64,000 bases of DNA from Bacteroidales bacterium (GCA_017521245.1 JAFXDI010000001.1:227178-291177); one strand, 5' to 3'. Numbered from the stretch's first letter, positions 49,616 through 59,619 are shown. Program-made: numbers and translations. The notes: generated by a model from the sequence alone, not told the origin.

Positions 49616-50455
49616 TTAACACAACTCTATTGTGGTTGGAGTTATTGTTATAAGTTTTGCTTTATATAATGCTCCTATTGCTTTTTTGTAACTTTTTTTA
49701 CTACAACCGAATATCTCGGCTATCTCTGTTGCCGATGATTTATCTGATAATGGGATTATCCCGCCTGATGCTTTTAGTTTATCGTATATCTCTGTTGCAA
49801 GGGCATCCATTGCTTGAACATCGTACCCTATTTTTTGTAGAGTTATGTCTAACTTCTCATCATTTCGGATATGTTTTACATAACCTTTTAAACGGTCGCC
49901 TTTTTGTATGGGAACAAATATCTCATTGTCATATATCATTCCGCTATGAAGACTGTTTACTATTACCTTCCAGCCTATATCGGTTTTTTGAGTTATAAGC
50001 AAATCAACCTCTTGGTTAAACTCATACTCAACAGGTGTATTATCTAAAAACTTATTTAGTTTTGCCGATGCAACAAGGCGTTGACTTTCAACATCGGCAT
50101 AGATATATACTATATATTTGTAGCCCTCTTTCATCTCGCTACGTTGTTCGCGAAAAGGTACTAACAGATCTTTTGGTAATCCCCAATCTAAAAATGCTCC
50201 TATTCGGTTTACTGATTTTACTTGCAAATAGGCAAATTCTCCTGCTTGAGCATAGGGTTTTAGTGTGGTTGCTATTATGCGATCTTCGGAATCGAGATAG
50301 AGGAAGACCTCTATTTCATCGCCTACCTTTGTTCCCTGGGGGATATATTTGGTTGGTAAAAGAATTTCTCCAAACTCTTCACCACCATCAAGGTACATCC
50401 CAAAGTCCAACTCTTTTACTACTTTTAGTGTGTTATATTTTCCTAACTTTGCCAT
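49616..50455 (-). CDS. S1-domain RNA-binding protein (CvfB/YitL family)
   Basis: The N-terminus MAKLGKYNTLKVVKELDFGMYLD is followed by repeated S1-like segments and a C-terminal winged-helix-like tail. Confidence 0.8.
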   Translation of the reverse strand: MAKLGKYNTLKVVKELDFGMYLDGGEEFGEILLPTKYIPQGTKVGDEIEVFLYLDSEDRIIATTLKPYAQAGEFAYLQVKSVNRIGAFLDWGLPKDLLVPFREQRSEMKEGYKYIVYIYADVESQRLVASAKLNKFLDNTPVEYEFNQEVDLLITQKTDIGWKVIVNSLHSGMIYDNEIFVPIQKGDRLKGYVKHIRNDEKLDITLQKIGYDVQAMDALATEIYDKLKASGGIIPLSDKSSATEIAEIFGCSKKSYKKAIGALYKAKLITITPTTIELC

Positions 50456-51775
50456 CTATTTTATTGTAAATTTAGCAACTCGTTTTGTTGTTTCGGTTAT
50501 TTTATATTTATTGCTTTGTCTTTCGCCAACCAACCACAAAATTTCATCAACGGCAACCAATAGCCATATCTGCTCTTTTTGTAAAAGTGAGAACTTGTGG
50601 GTTGTAAAATAGTCGCTTAACTTTTGTGTTCCTTTCATTCCAAAGGGCATAAATCTATCTCCCATTCGCCAATGACGTAGTTTCAACCCGGAAGGAAGCT
50701 TGTCGGCATCGAAATATGCACAACCTTTATCTCGGGTGAGTGGTGGCAAATCTTCAATATTGATATACTCCACCCTCAACATCTCCTCAGCAGGATATGT
50801 TATTATGAAGTTATCCTCTTGCCCCAATGGTGATACAATAAGTTTATTACGATCTTTTATTATTCTGTGTGTTAATGAGAAGAATCTTTTACCTGATTCA
50901 TCTCCAAATGAAGATATTATATCGTTTAATTGCGATGTTGCAAAACCATACGTCTTTATTATTTCATATAGTATGGTGCGTGGTGCTGATTGTTGTAAGA
51001 GTTTTTGTATATCAATATATGCAATATCTTCTCTTGTATCTACAACTTCATCAATTATCTTGTTAAGGGCAGAACGATATATTAACTCTGTCTCTCTCAA
51101 ATGTGTAGCTGTTGATTCTATTGCCTCGTAAATCGAAGGGTTTATCTCTTTCATCATTGGTAATATACGATTGCGGATTTTATTACGCACATATATTACC
51201 TCTTTATTTGTGCTATCTGTTACATAGTTTAATCCGCTTAATTGGATATACTCCTCAACTTGGTTACGAGATAATGAGAGTATTGGGCGAATAACCGTTC
51301 CATTTAGTGGAGCTATACCTGTTAGTCCAGAAATTCCAGTACCACGAATAAGGTTTATCAATACAGTTTCTACAGAGTCATCGCGATGATGAGCCACTGC
51401 TAAATATCGGCAATCAAGAGCTATGCGTTGCTTTTCAAACCACTCATATCGTAACTCTCTACAAGCCATCTCAACAGATATTTTATTTTCAGCAGCATAT
51501 TTTAGCGTATCAAACCGAACCTCAATAAAAGGTACTTCCAATTTTGTTGCAATCTGCTTTGCAAAGTTGCGATCGCGATCAGACTCTTCGCCACGCAATG
51601 CAAAATGGCAATGTGCAGCAAAGCAGCAATATCCTAACTCTTTGAGTATTGAAAGAAGTGCAACAGAATCTGCTCCTCCGCTTAATCCAACTAATATCTT
51701 ATCGCCAACAGATAGTGGAATATTGTGAGAGATATACTCTTTTACTTGAGATATTATTTGGAGTTTTGTTGCCAT
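50456..51775 (-). CDS. tilS: tRNA(Ile)-lysidine synthase
   Basis: The PP-loop reads VGLSGGADSVAL. The ~439 aa length fits TilS. Confidence 0.9.
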   Translation of the reverse strand: MATKLQIISQVKEYISHNIPLSVGDKILVGLSGGADSVALLSILKELGYCCFAAHCHFALRGEESDRDRNFAKQIATKLEVPFIEVRFDTLKYAAENKISVEMACRELRYEWFEKQRIALDCRYLAVAHHRDDSVETVLINLIRGTGISGLTGIAPLNGTVIRPILSLSRNQVEEYIQLSGLNYVTDSTNKEVIYVRNKIRNRILPMMKEINPSIYEAIESTATHLRETELIYRSALNKIIDEVVDTREDIAYIDIQKLLQQSAPRTILYEIIKTYGFATSQLNDIISSFGDESGKRFFSLTHRIIKDRNKLIVSPLGQEDNFIITYPAEEMLRVEYINIEDLPPLTRDKGCAYFDADKLPSGLKLRHWRMGDRFMPFGMKGTQKLSDYFTTHKFSLLQKEQIWLLVAVDEILWLVGERQSNKYKITETTKRVAKFTIK

Positions 51776-51802
51776 TTTATCTTTTTACGTGATTTTATGA
51801 TG

Positions 51803-51810
51803 CGAAAATA
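51803..51810 (-). promoter_or_regulatory. Candidate -7 box TATTTTCG (TTCG variant) for tilS
   Basis: The reverse complement of cgaaaata lies 28 nt upstream of the ATG. Confidence 0.4.
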
Positions 51811-51875
51811 ATATTTTTAACTCTGTTGTGGAAATATTTATGAGAGTTATATTATAAAAAGTCGCTTTAAATTAT

Positions 51876-51883
51876 TAATTTTG
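51876..51883 (+). promoter_or_regulatory. Candidate -7 box TAATTTTG for pheS
   Basis: The sequence attaattttgcaac lies 28 nt upstream of the ATG at 51911. Confidence 0.45.
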
Positions 51884-51910
51884 CAACGTTTTAAACAAAA
51901 TGACTCTGTA

Positions 51911-52930
51911 ATGATAACTAAAATAGAGAATTTAAAGAAAGAGATTGAGGCGTTAAAGGCTTCAAATGCCGAAGAGGTTGAAGCTTTACGCATTAAATAT
52001 TTGAGTAAAAAAGGTGAAGTAACTTCGTTGTTGGCAGAATTTAGAAATGTTCCTGCCGAACAAAAACGCGAAGTTGGTAAACTTATTAACGATCTTAAAG
52101 AGTTTGCCACAGAAAAGATTAACGCTCTTAAAGAGGATGTTTTGAGTAATGTTAAGGAGGATGATACTATTGACCTTACTCGTTCAGCATATGTTTTAAA
52201 GAGAGGTACTCGTCACCCATTATCTATCGTTAAAAACGAGATTTGCGATATATTCGGCAAACTTGGTTTCTCAATAGCAGAGGGTCCGGAGGTTGAGGAT
52301 GACTGGCACGTATTCTCATCTCTTAACTTTGCAGAAGACCACCCAGCTCGCGATATGCAGGATACATTCTTTATTACTCGTAACCCAGATGTGCTTCTGC
52401 GTACACACACTTCATCGGTGCAAACTCGTGTTATGGAGAAGGCTCAACCACCTATCCGCATCATCTGTCCAGGACGAGTATATCGTAACGAGGCTATCTC
52501 TGCTCGCGCACACTGCTTCTTTCACCAAGTTGAAGCTCTGTATGTTGACAAAAATGTCACATTTGCCGATCTTAAACAGGCTCTATTGTTCTTTGCAAAA
52601 GAGATGTTTGGTCCAGAGACTAAGATTAGACTTCGCCCATCATACTTCCCCTTCACAGAGCCTTCGGCTGAGATGGATATATCTTGCAACCTGTGTGGAG
52701 GTAAAGGATGTTCTTTCTGTAAAGGAACAGGTTGGGTTGAAATTCTTGGTTGCGGTATGGTTGACCCCAACGTCTTAGAGGCTTGTGGTATAGATAGCAA
52801 AGAATATACAGGTTATGCTTTAGGTATGGGTGTTGAGCGTATCACTAATCTAAAATACCAAGTTAAAGACTTGCGTATGTTCTCTGAAAACGACAAACGT
52901 TTCTTGGAGGAGTTTGAGTCGGCTTTATAA
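51911..52930 (+). CDS. pheS: Phenylalanine--tRNA ligase alpha subunit
   Basis: Class II motifs are present (HPARDMQDTFF, FRNEA, FTEPS, GMGVERI). I chose the internal ATG at 51911 because the track start at 51881 overlaps the promoter box. Confidence 0.94.
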   Translation: MITKIENLKKEIEALKASNAEEVEALRIKYLSKKGEVTSLLAEFRNVPAEQKREVGKLINDLKEFATEKINALKEDVLSNVKEDDTIDLTRSAYVLKRGTRHPLSIVKNEICDIFGKLGFSIAEGPEVEDDWHVFSSLNFAEDHPARDMQDTFFITRNPDVLLRTHTSSVQTRVMEKAQPPIRIICPGRVYRNEAISARAHCFFHQVEALYVDKNVTFADLKQALLFFAKEMFGPETKIRLRPSYFPFTEPSAEMDISCNLCGGKGCSFCKGTGWVEILGCGMVDPNVLEACGIDSKEYTGYALGMGVERITNLKYQVKDLRMFSENDKRFLEEFESAL

Positions 52931-52933
52931 CAG

Positions 52934-53563
52934 ATGAAAATTCAGGAGAGATATAACAATATTATAAATTGGTTTAAGGCCAATATGCCCATAGCTGAAA
53001 CGGAGTTGAATTATGAAACTCCGTTTCAGTTGCTTATTGCCGTTATACTGTCGGCTCAATGTACTGACAAAAGGGTTAATATGATTACCCCTGCTCTATT
53101 TGAGGCATACCCTACGCCCGAAGTTTTGGCAGCAGCCACTCCCGATGCCGTTTTTGAACTTATACGCAGTGTTTCGTATCCTAACAATAAGGCTAAACAT
53201 CTTGTTGGTATGGCTAAAAAGTTATTGAGCGATTTTAATGGCGAAGTTCCTTCGGATATTGATAAATTGCAAACATTGCCCGGCGTGGGCAGAAAGACTG
53301 CTAATGTTATTGCTGCCGTTGTTTTCAACAAAGAGGCTATGCCTGTTGATACTCATGTTTTTAGAGTTTCAAACAGGATTGGTTTGACAAACAACTCCAA
53401 AACTCCTTTGCAAACTGAAAAGACTCTTGTTAAATATATTCCTGGAGAACTCCTTCCTATTGCACATCATTGGCTGATACTTCATGGCAGATATGTGTGC
53501 AAGGCTCGTAAACCCGATTGTCTGAATTGCGGTATTAAAGAGTGGTGTAAGAGTTTTAAATAA
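52934..53563 (+). CDS. nth: Endonuclease III
   Basis: The HhH-GPD motif reads LPGVGRKTANV. The 4Fe-4S cluster reads C-x6-C-x2-C-x5-C (CKARKPDCLNCGIKEWC). Confidence 0.93.
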   Translation: MKIQERYNNIINWFKANMPIAETELNYETPFQLLIAVILSAQCTDKRVNMITPALFEAYPTPEVLAAATPDAVFELIRSVSYPNNKAKHLVGMAKKLLSDFNGEVPSDIDKLQTLPGVGRKTANVIAAVVFNKEAMPVDTHVFRVSNRIGLTNNSKTPLQTEKTLVKYIPGELLPIAHHWLILHGRYVCKARKPDCLNCGIKEWCKSFK

Positions 53564-53614
53564 ATTTTAGATGAGTAAATCTGCGAGTAAGCTCCCTTTA
53601 ATAATATATATTTA

Positions 53615-53637
53615 TAACAACAAAAAACTAACAACTT
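53615..53637 (-). repeat. Reverse-complement copy of the AGTTGTTAGTTTTTTGTT module
   Basis: The sequence ataacaacaaaaaactaacaact matches 42531-42553 (aaaaacaaaaaactaacaacta). Confidence 0.65.
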
Positions 53638-53645
53638 TTAAAAGC

Positions 53646-53722
53646 ATCAATCCCCAAGCTTATCTCAACTATCAAACTTTTTTAAAATAGAGCGAAGGGG
53701 TATCTGAATGTTACTTATCTTT
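53646..53722 (-). repeat. Dispersed ~75-bp element, copy B (inverted relative to copy A at 40118-40193)
   Basis: The core cttatctcaactatcaaacttttttaaaat is the reverse complement of the copy A core. Confidence 0.8.
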
Positions 53723-53956
53723 TATGTCAAACAATTTGTCTGATCTATCTAATATCTTGTTATTAAATACTTTTGTCTATTGTTTTTTTACAGAACCTTT
53801 TTTGAGTAAAATATATACTCTTCCTGCATATCAAACAAAAAACAAATGAATTACAAAAAAATAGACTTTAACTTTCTATTTTACAATTTTAAATATCTTA
53901 GTTCTCAATTGTTTGGCATAGTATTTGAATTTAATATGATATAAAATATTTTAGCA

Positions 53957-56134
53957 ATGTTAGAAGTAGCAGAAAGAGAACGAGAAAATATTTACGGATC
54001 TTTGTCCGAGGGTCAAGTGTTTAAGGCAATAAAGCAAATAGAATATCTGTTTGATGAAGCAATAGAGCCTACTCAAGATCTTATTGAGAAGGTAAAAGAA
54101 ATTAAATCAACATATTCTATAATGACACAATATCTAAACGTAGAAGATCCTCAAAGAGTTGATATACATAATAGATTAATCATTTCATTGTATGAGATAG
54201 TAGATGAAACTATTGATATATTTATACAGAATAACTTAGTTTCAGGTTATATATACGACAAACGTCGTTATTATGATTCTATTGATACCATTGATATTGA
54301 TAAAGAGATAATGCTCTTGAAAGAAGAATCAAAAAAGAGCATAACAACTGAAACTCTTAAAACAATTGAAAATATTCAGAATGAGATATTTAATATAATA
54401 GCAACATCATTGACAATAAAAACAAAAGAAAAGGCCGCAATACTTTCTCTTGTAAATAGTGATGAATTTGGAATAGTTACCTCTTCATTAGTAATATCAG
54501 CACTAACAATCTCAGCTATATATTTCTTCTCTGAGGATAAGTTACTACTTCTCCTTGATACATACTCAAAAAGTAATTGCGAGGAGGTGAAGCAGAGAGC
54601 TCTTTGTGGAGCGTTAATTATATCCTATATACATCGTAATAAAGTAAATCGATCTAAAGCTGCAAAGTTAAGAGTAGAAATGCTCTCTGCTGAGAATAAT
54701 TTCTGCGAAGATGTTCGCTATATTTTTATACAATTTATTCGTTCATTAGAGATTGAGAAATTGTCAGATATGTTAAATAAAGAAATGAGGAAACTGACAG
54801 CAGAACTAAATAATGAACTATTATCAACAATAAAAGATAAGAATATTGAGAGTGTAAAAGAACTTGAATCTTTGTTTGAGGAGAATCCCAAATGGGCACA
54901 AAAGATTGAAGATAGTGAATTTGAAAAGAAATTAAGAGAGATAAACGAATTACAATTTGAAGGTTCAGATGTATTGATTTCAACATTTTCACAAATGAAA
55001 GATTTTTCTTTCTTTAAATCAATACAAAACTGGTTAAGACCATATACAAATGAATATAGCGAAATATATGACAGTATAAAAGAGCTTCCCAAGTTGGGCG
55101 ATATTCTTGAAAAAACATTCTTTTTGTGTAATTCAGATAGATATTCTTTGCTCTTCTCTTCGGAACTCAATAAACTTAATAACCTAATGTTGACAGGTCT
55201 TCCGAGTGATATAAATATGAGTGATATGTTTACCGAAAATATTGAATCATCAAGAGCGGAGGCAAAATTAAGAGCAAGATTGTATATTCAAGATCTTTAT
55301 AGATTATTTACTATATCAAAATTTAATCTTCCCAACATATTTGCAACACATATAAATCTGTATGAAGTAGATATATTAGAACCCGTCTTCCAAGATGAAG
55401 AGACCTTGCGAAGTATAGGAGAATTTTATCTATCAAAAGGGTATTATACATATGCAAAAACATATTTTAAATTATTACTTAACAGTAACCCAACAGATTA
55501 TCTCTTGTATCAAAAGATAGGATATTGCAATCAGATGCTTAAAGACTATAAAGGAGCAATTGAAGAGTATGAAAAAGCCGACATTATAACAAAGGATATA
55601 TGGACAATTACTCGCATAGCCTTATGTTACAGATTAATTGGAGATACATCAAAAGCCATAGAATATTATCAAGAGGCATTAAGATTAGAGCCCGATAATA
55701 CCTCATTTGAGATGCAGATAGGTTATTGTTTATTAATGGCAAATAAATATAATGAGGCATTGGAATGTTTTTATAAAGTAGATTTTATAACAGACGGAAC
55801 TCCAAAAACATGGCGAGCAATAGGATGGTGTTTGTTTTTGTTAGGTAAATTTGATGAAGCTCAAAATTATTACGAAAAGATTTTGTCTACTGCCCCAACC
55901 CCTAATGACTATATAAACATCGGACATATCTATTTAATAAAAAATGATATAAATAATGCTCTATCTTCTTATACAAAGAGTATTGAAATGAGTCTAAATG
56001 ACACTGGTAATTTTGAGGATTCAATCTTAAAAGATAAAGAAATACTACTTAAATTAGGAGTCTCAGAGACAAAACTTTCAATATTACGAGATATTGTAAT
56101 TAATAATGCAACAACTAACAAAAGCACACTATAA
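53957..56134 (+). CDS. Large TPR-repeat protein with an uncharacterised ~470-aa N-terminal region
   Basis: The C-terminal ~230 aa contain clear TPR units (AIEEYEKA, AIEYYQEALRLEPDN, ALECFYKV, AQNYYEKIL). The N-terminal region carries no motif I recognise. Confidence 0.6.
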   Translation: MLEVAERERENIYGSLSEGQVFKAIKQIEYLFDEAIEPTQDLIEKVKEIKSTYSIMTQYLNVEDPQRVDIHNRLIISLYEIVDETIDIFIQNNLVSGYIYDKRRYYDSIDTIDIDKEIMLLKEESKKSITTETLKTIENIQNEIFNIIATSLTIKTKEKAAILSLVNSDEFGIVTSSLVISALTISAIYFFSEDKLLLLLDTYSKSNCEEVKQRALCGALIISYIHRNKVNRSKAAKLRVEMLSAENNFCEDVRYIFIQFIRSLEIEKLSDMLNKEMRKLTAELNNELLSTIKDKNIESVKELESLFEENPKWAQKIEDSEFEKKLREINELQFEGSDVLISTFSQMKDFSFFKSIQNWLRPYTNEYSEIYDSIKELPKLGDILEKTFFLCNSDRYSLLFSSELNKLNNLMLTGLPSDINMSDMFTENIESSRAEAKLRARLYIQDLYRLFTISKFNLPNIFATHINLYEVDILEPVFQDEETLRSIGEFYLSKGYYTYAKTYFKLLLNSNPTDYLLYQKIGYCNQMLKDYKGAIEEYEKADIITKDIWTITRIALCYRLIGDTSKAIEYYQEALRLEPDNTSFEMQIGYCLLMANKYNEALECFYKVDFITDGTPKTWRAIGWCLFLLGKFDEAQNYYEKILSTAPTPNDYINIGHIYLIKNDINNALSSYTKSIEMSLNDTGNFEDSILKDKEILLKLGVSETKLSILRDIVINNATTNKSTL

Positions 56135-56188
56135 TTATAGTTGTGAAATTTAATACTCGCCTTATTTGGCAGTTAGTTATATTTGCGT

Positions 56189-56196
56189 TATCTTCG
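56189..56196 (+). promoter_or_regulatory. Candidate -7 box TATCTTCG for TetR-fabG (alternative TATATTTG at 56178-56185), embedded in an inverted repeat at 56179-56202
   Basis: In gttatatttgcgttatcttcgcaatat the arms ATATTTGCG and CGCAATAT flank a 7-nt spacer. Confidence 0.4.
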
Positions 56197-56216
56197 CAAT
56201 ATAAATATATTATAAT

Positions 56217-56843
56217 ATGAGGGGTGAAAAAACACGATTAAAATTAATTGAGGTAGCACGTCAACTCTTTATAAAGTCAGGAGTTGAATCTACAACAATG
56301 AATGATATCGCTATCGCAGCTGGAAAAGTTCGCCGAACCCTATATACCCACTTTAAGAGTAAAGAAGATATATATTGGGCAGTAGTTGAATCAGAGATTA
56401 TGCAGTTGATAGAGAAACTTAAATCAATTGTAAATCAAAATTTGCCCCCCGAAGAAAAACTTGCATACTATATCTTTCATCGACTTGAGTTAATAAAAGA
56501 GATAGTATTGCGTAATGGAACCCTCCGAACAGAGTTTTTTAGAGATGTCTGGAGTTTGGAACATGCTTGGAAAGATATTGGACAACAAGAGATATCTCTT
56601 TTACGCTCAATATTACAAGAAGGTGTTGAAAGCGGAGCATTTGAAGTAGATAATATTCAAGCAACCGCCATACTAATACACTATGCCTTACGTGGATTTG
56701 ATGCTCCATACGTCCGTAACCATTTTCAACGAATGGCGCCAGGAAGAGAAGAGATTAGAGCTGCGGCAATAGATTTAATATTAAATGCAGTAAGAGCAAA
56801 AGGAACAGTTTGTACAAAATATATTTATCCCGACAGTCATTAA
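56217..56843 (+). CDS. TetR/AcrR family transcriptional regulator
   Basis: The N-terminal HTH reads LIEVARQLFIKSGVESTTMNDIAIAAGKVRRTLYTHFKSKEDIY. Confidence 0.85.
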   Translation: MRGEKTRLKLIEVARQLFIKSGVESTTMNDIAIAAGKVRRTLYTHFKSKEDIYWAVVESEIMQLIEKLKSIVNQNLPPEEKLAYYIFHRLELIKEIVLRNGTLRTEFFRDVWSLEHAWKDIGQQEISLLRSILQEGVESGAFEVDNIQATAILIHYALRGFDAPYVRNHFQRMAPGREEIRAAAIDLILNAVRAKGTVCTKYIYPDSH

Positions 56844-56855
56844 AAAATAAAATAT

Positions 56856-57602
56856 ATGAAACTATTAGAAGGAAAAGTTGCTATAATAACCGGAGCAGCA
56901 AGAGGAATTGGAAAAGCAGTTGCAATGAAATTTGCTCAAGAGGGAGCTAACATTGCATTTACCGATTTAAAATATGATGAAAATATGCAAAAAACCGAAG
57001 AGGAGATTGCAGCATTTGGAGTAAAAGTAAAAGGATACGCATCAAACGCAGCAAATTTTGCTGATACACATAGTGTTGTAGAGGCAATAATGGCTGACTT
57101 TGGAAGAATAGATATATTAGTAAACAATGCAGGAATAACACGTGATACACTAATGTTGCGTATGACCGAAGAGCAATGGGATATGGTTTTAAATATAAAC
57201 CTAAAATCAGCCTTCAACTTCATTCATGCAGTATCACCAATAATGATGAAACAACGTGGCGGAAGCATCATCAATATGTCATCAGTAGTAGGAGTAAGTG
57301 GAAATGCAGGGCAATGCAACTATTCGGCATCAAAAGCAGGAATGATAGGATTAGCAAAATCAATAGCTAAAGAGATGGGACCACGTGGCGTAAGAGCAAA
57401 CTGCGTAGCACCGGGCTTTATTATTACTGAAATGACAGCAGTATTGCCAGATGATGTAAAAGAGGCATGGGCAAAACAAATACCACTACGTCGTGGAGGA
57501 ACACCCGAGGATGTTGCTAATGTATGTACATTCCTAGCATCAGACCTATCATCATATGTGTCAGGACAAGTAATACACTGTTGTGGTGGAATGAATATGT
57601 AA
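56856..57602 (+). CDS. fabG: 3-oxoacyl-[acyl-carrier-protein] reductase
   Basis: SDR motifs are present: TGAARGIG, NNAG, S...YSASK and PGFI.T.M. Confidence 0.9.
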   Translation: MKLLEGKVAIITGAARGIGKAVAMKFAQEGANIAFTDLKYDENMQKTEEEIAAFGVKVKGYASNAANFADTHSVVEAIMADFGRIDILVNNAGITRDTLMLRMTEEQWDMVLNINLKSAFNFIHAVSPIMMKQRGGSIINMSSVVGVSGNAGQCNYSASKAGMIGLAKSIAKEMGPRGVRANCVAPGFIITEMTAVLPDDVKEAWAKQIPLRRGGTPEDVANVCTFLASDLSSYVSGQVIHCCGGMNM

Positions 57603-57758
57603 TATTCAAATTCAATTAAAAATACTTTAATGGCGGTGTGTCATAATTGACAAACTACTATGTTGTTTTCAATATTAGGGCTCAGTTATGTACCTATGTA
57701 CACTCCTTTCTCCCTAAATTTCAACGCCTTGTATTTTATCAATTCTTATACACCTTAA

Positions 57759-57800
57759 GAGGCTGAATCAAAAATTGCATTTTGACACAGCCTCATTTTT
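57759..57800 (+). terminator. Terminator-like hairpin downstream of fabG
   Basis: The sequence gaggctg-(22 nt)-cagcctc is followed by attttt. It overlaps the TTG start proposed by the ORF track. Confidence 0.45.
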
Positions 57801-57816
57801 AAATAAAACAAATAAA

Positions 57817-58503
57817 GTGGAAGTTCTTTACGAAGACAATCATATAATAATAGTTAACAAAAACAGCTCCGAGATAGTGCAAGGAGACAAAACAGGCGAC
57901 AAACCACTCTCTGAGATTGTAAAAGAGTGGATAAAGGAGAAGTATGCAAAACCGGGAAATGTATTCATAGGAGTAACACACCGACTGGATCGTCCTGTGA
58001 GTGGAGTAGTAGTATTTGCAAAAACAAGTAAAGCACTATCTCGACTAAATGAAATGTTTAGAGTAGGGGAGGTAAAGAAAACCTATTGGGCAATAGTAAA
58101 GAACAATCCACCCTTTGAAAATCAAACACTCAAACACTACATATATCGTAACGAAAAGCTCAATAAAAGTATAGCATACGATCATCCTAAAAATGGAGCA
58201 AAAGAGGCAGAGCTATCCTACAAACTATTAGTAAAGAGTGTAAACTATAACCTTCTGCATGTAAACCTAAAAACAGGAAGACATCATCAAATACGATGTC
58301 AGTTGTCAAAAATTGGGTGTCCCATAAAAGGCGATTTAAAATATGGAGCCGAACGCTCAAATGCTAACGGAGGTATATCGTTACATGCTCGTTCGATAGA
58401 GTTTATACACCCAGTATCAAAAAAACTAATATCAGTAACAGCACCAGTTCCAACTGATGACAGATTGTGGTTAGACATGGAACAGGCAGCAATAAATTTA
58501 TAA
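57817..58503 (+). CDS. RluA-family pseudouridine synthase
   Basis: The motifs VLYEDNHIIIVNK, HRLDRPVSGVVVFAKT and TGRHHQIR are present. I prefer the GTG at 57817 because the TTG at 57775 lies inside the upstream hairpin. The start remains uncertain. Confidence 0.8.
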   Translation: MEVLYEDNHIIIVNKNSSEIVQGDKTGDKPLSEIVKEWIKEKYAKPGNVFIGVTHRLDRPVSGVVVFAKTSKALSRLNEMFRVGEVKKTYWAIVKNNPPFENQTLKHYIYRNEKLNKSIAYDHPKNGAKEAELSYKLLVKSVNYNLLHVNLKTGRHHQIRCQLSKIGCPIKGDLKYGAERSNANGGISLHARSIEFIHPVSKKLISVTAPVPTDDRLWLDMEQAAINL

Positions 58504-58508
58504 AAACT

Positions 58509-59405
58509 ATGGCGCAAAATCTCTTTAACAGATATGTATGGTTGGTAAATACCCTTTACCGTAATAAACGTATGACCTTAAAAGAGATAAACAACAGTTG
58601 GGTTCATACCGATTTTTCAGATGGAAACCCAATACCACGCCGAACATTCCACAACCATCGCGAAAAGATACAGGAGTTTTTTGATATAAACATAGAGTGC
58701 GACAGAGTAACAAATGAATACTACATTGAAGATGTTGATTCTCTTTCAAATGACAAAGTACGTTTTTGGTTGTTAAACTCATTTGCGGTAGAGAATATAA
58801 TAAATGAGCAGCAAAAACTACACGATAGAATAATGTTAGAGAAGAACCCTTCGGGGGAGATATATCTCACAACAATAATTGAGGCAATGCGCGACAGTAA
58901 GGTGTTGCAATTCACATACCGAACTTTTAGCGAAACAGAAGAACACGTAGTTACCCTACTGCCATATTTCATACGAATATTCAAACAAAGATGGTATATA
59001 ATAGGCTTTAATCCAGAATACAATCAGTTACGAATATACTCACTCGACAGAATGTCATCTGCCGATATACAAAAAGAGGAGTTTGAATATCCTTCAGACT
59101 TTTCACCAGAAGATTACTTTAAAAATAGTTTTGGAATAATAGTAGAAGATAAGAGCGTGGAGGTTATAGTATTAAAGGTAAATGCACCCCAAAATAGCTA
59201 TATAAAAACATTACCGCTACATCACTCACAAAAGCAGTTGTTTGATTGTGATAGTTTTACAACATTTCAATACACCCTCCTCCCAACCTTTGACTTTAAG
59301 CAAGAGATACTCTCTATGGGTGCAAAAGTAGAAGTATTACAACCCTTATCGTTACGAAACGAGATAATCGCAACCCTGAAACAAGCATTAGAAAACTACG
59401 ATTAG
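58509..59405 (+). CDS. WYL-domain transcriptional regulator (HTH - WYL - C-terminal extension)
   Basis: The WYL core reads FKQRWYIIGFNPEYNQLRIYSLDRM and the N-terminal HTH-like region reads MTLKEINNSW. I used the ATG at 58509 rather than the track start at 58467, which overlaps the rluA-like gene. Confidence 0.75.
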   Translation: MAQNLFNRYVWLVNTLYRNKRMTLKEINNSWVHTDFSDGNPIPRRTFHNHREKIQEFFDINIECDRVTNEYYIEDVDSLSNDKVRFWLLNSFAVENIINEQQKLHDRIMLEKNPSGEIYLTTIIEAMRDSKVLQFTYRTFSETEEHVVTLLPYFIRIFKQRWYIIGFNPEYNQLRIYSLDRMSSADIQKEEFEYPSDFSPEDYFKNSFGIIVEDKSVEVIVLKVNAPQNSYIKTLPLHHSQKQLFDCDSFTTFQYTLLPTFDFKQEILSMGAKVEVLQPLSLRNEIIATLKQALENYD

Positions 59406-59433
59406 CAATCAGTTATCAGCAATCAGCTGTCAG
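59406..59433 (+). repeat. Heptamer repeat (NNATCAG) x4 starting immediately after the WYL gene stop codon
   Basis: The sequence caatcag ttatcag caatcag ctgtcag was read directly. Confidence 0.8.
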
Positions 59434-59461
59434 TTAACAAACATTCGTTTGTTGAATCTGC

Positions 59462-59508
59462 TCACGCTCGGCATAACACAAACAAGTTTGGTTCTGCTCT
59501 TGCTTACT
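59462..59508 (+). repeat. Dispersed structured element, copy 2
   Basis: It aligns with the reverse complement of 43704-43752. The hairpin is preserved by a paired T:A to C:G change. Confidence 0.7.
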
Positions 59509-59582
59509 CGTAGATTTGTCAGTTAGGTTTATTGGACTAATTAGTCTAATTTGACTAATACAAAGTGAAGCCGTAATTCCTC

Positions 59583-59619
59583 ATTGTTGCGAAGCAACTA
59601 ACTAATTCCTAATTGGCAC
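59583..59619 (+). repeat. Hairpin-word modules shared with 49515-49563; overlaps the Nudix gene stop
   Basis: The sequence is attgttgcgaagcaac followed by actaattcctaattggcac. The Nudix stop codon (59609-59611) lies inside the second word. Confidence 0.7.

Noticed and set aside
53571-53690. A 39-codon ORF (MSKSASKLPLIIYIYNNKKLTTFKSINPQAYLNYQTFLK) lies in the nth/TPR intergenic region.
   Set aside because: It spans the dispersed repeat. The homologous copy at 40118-40193 has indels that destroy the frame, so the conservation is at the nucleotide level and not the protein level.
57775-57816. The track uses a TTG start codon for the RluA-family gene.
   Set aside because: The TTG lies inside the loop of the fabG-distal terminator-like hairpin, and the first 14 residues have no counterpart in RluA proteins. 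The GTG at 57817 gives the usual (M)EVLYEDNH N-terminus. The true start remains uncertain.
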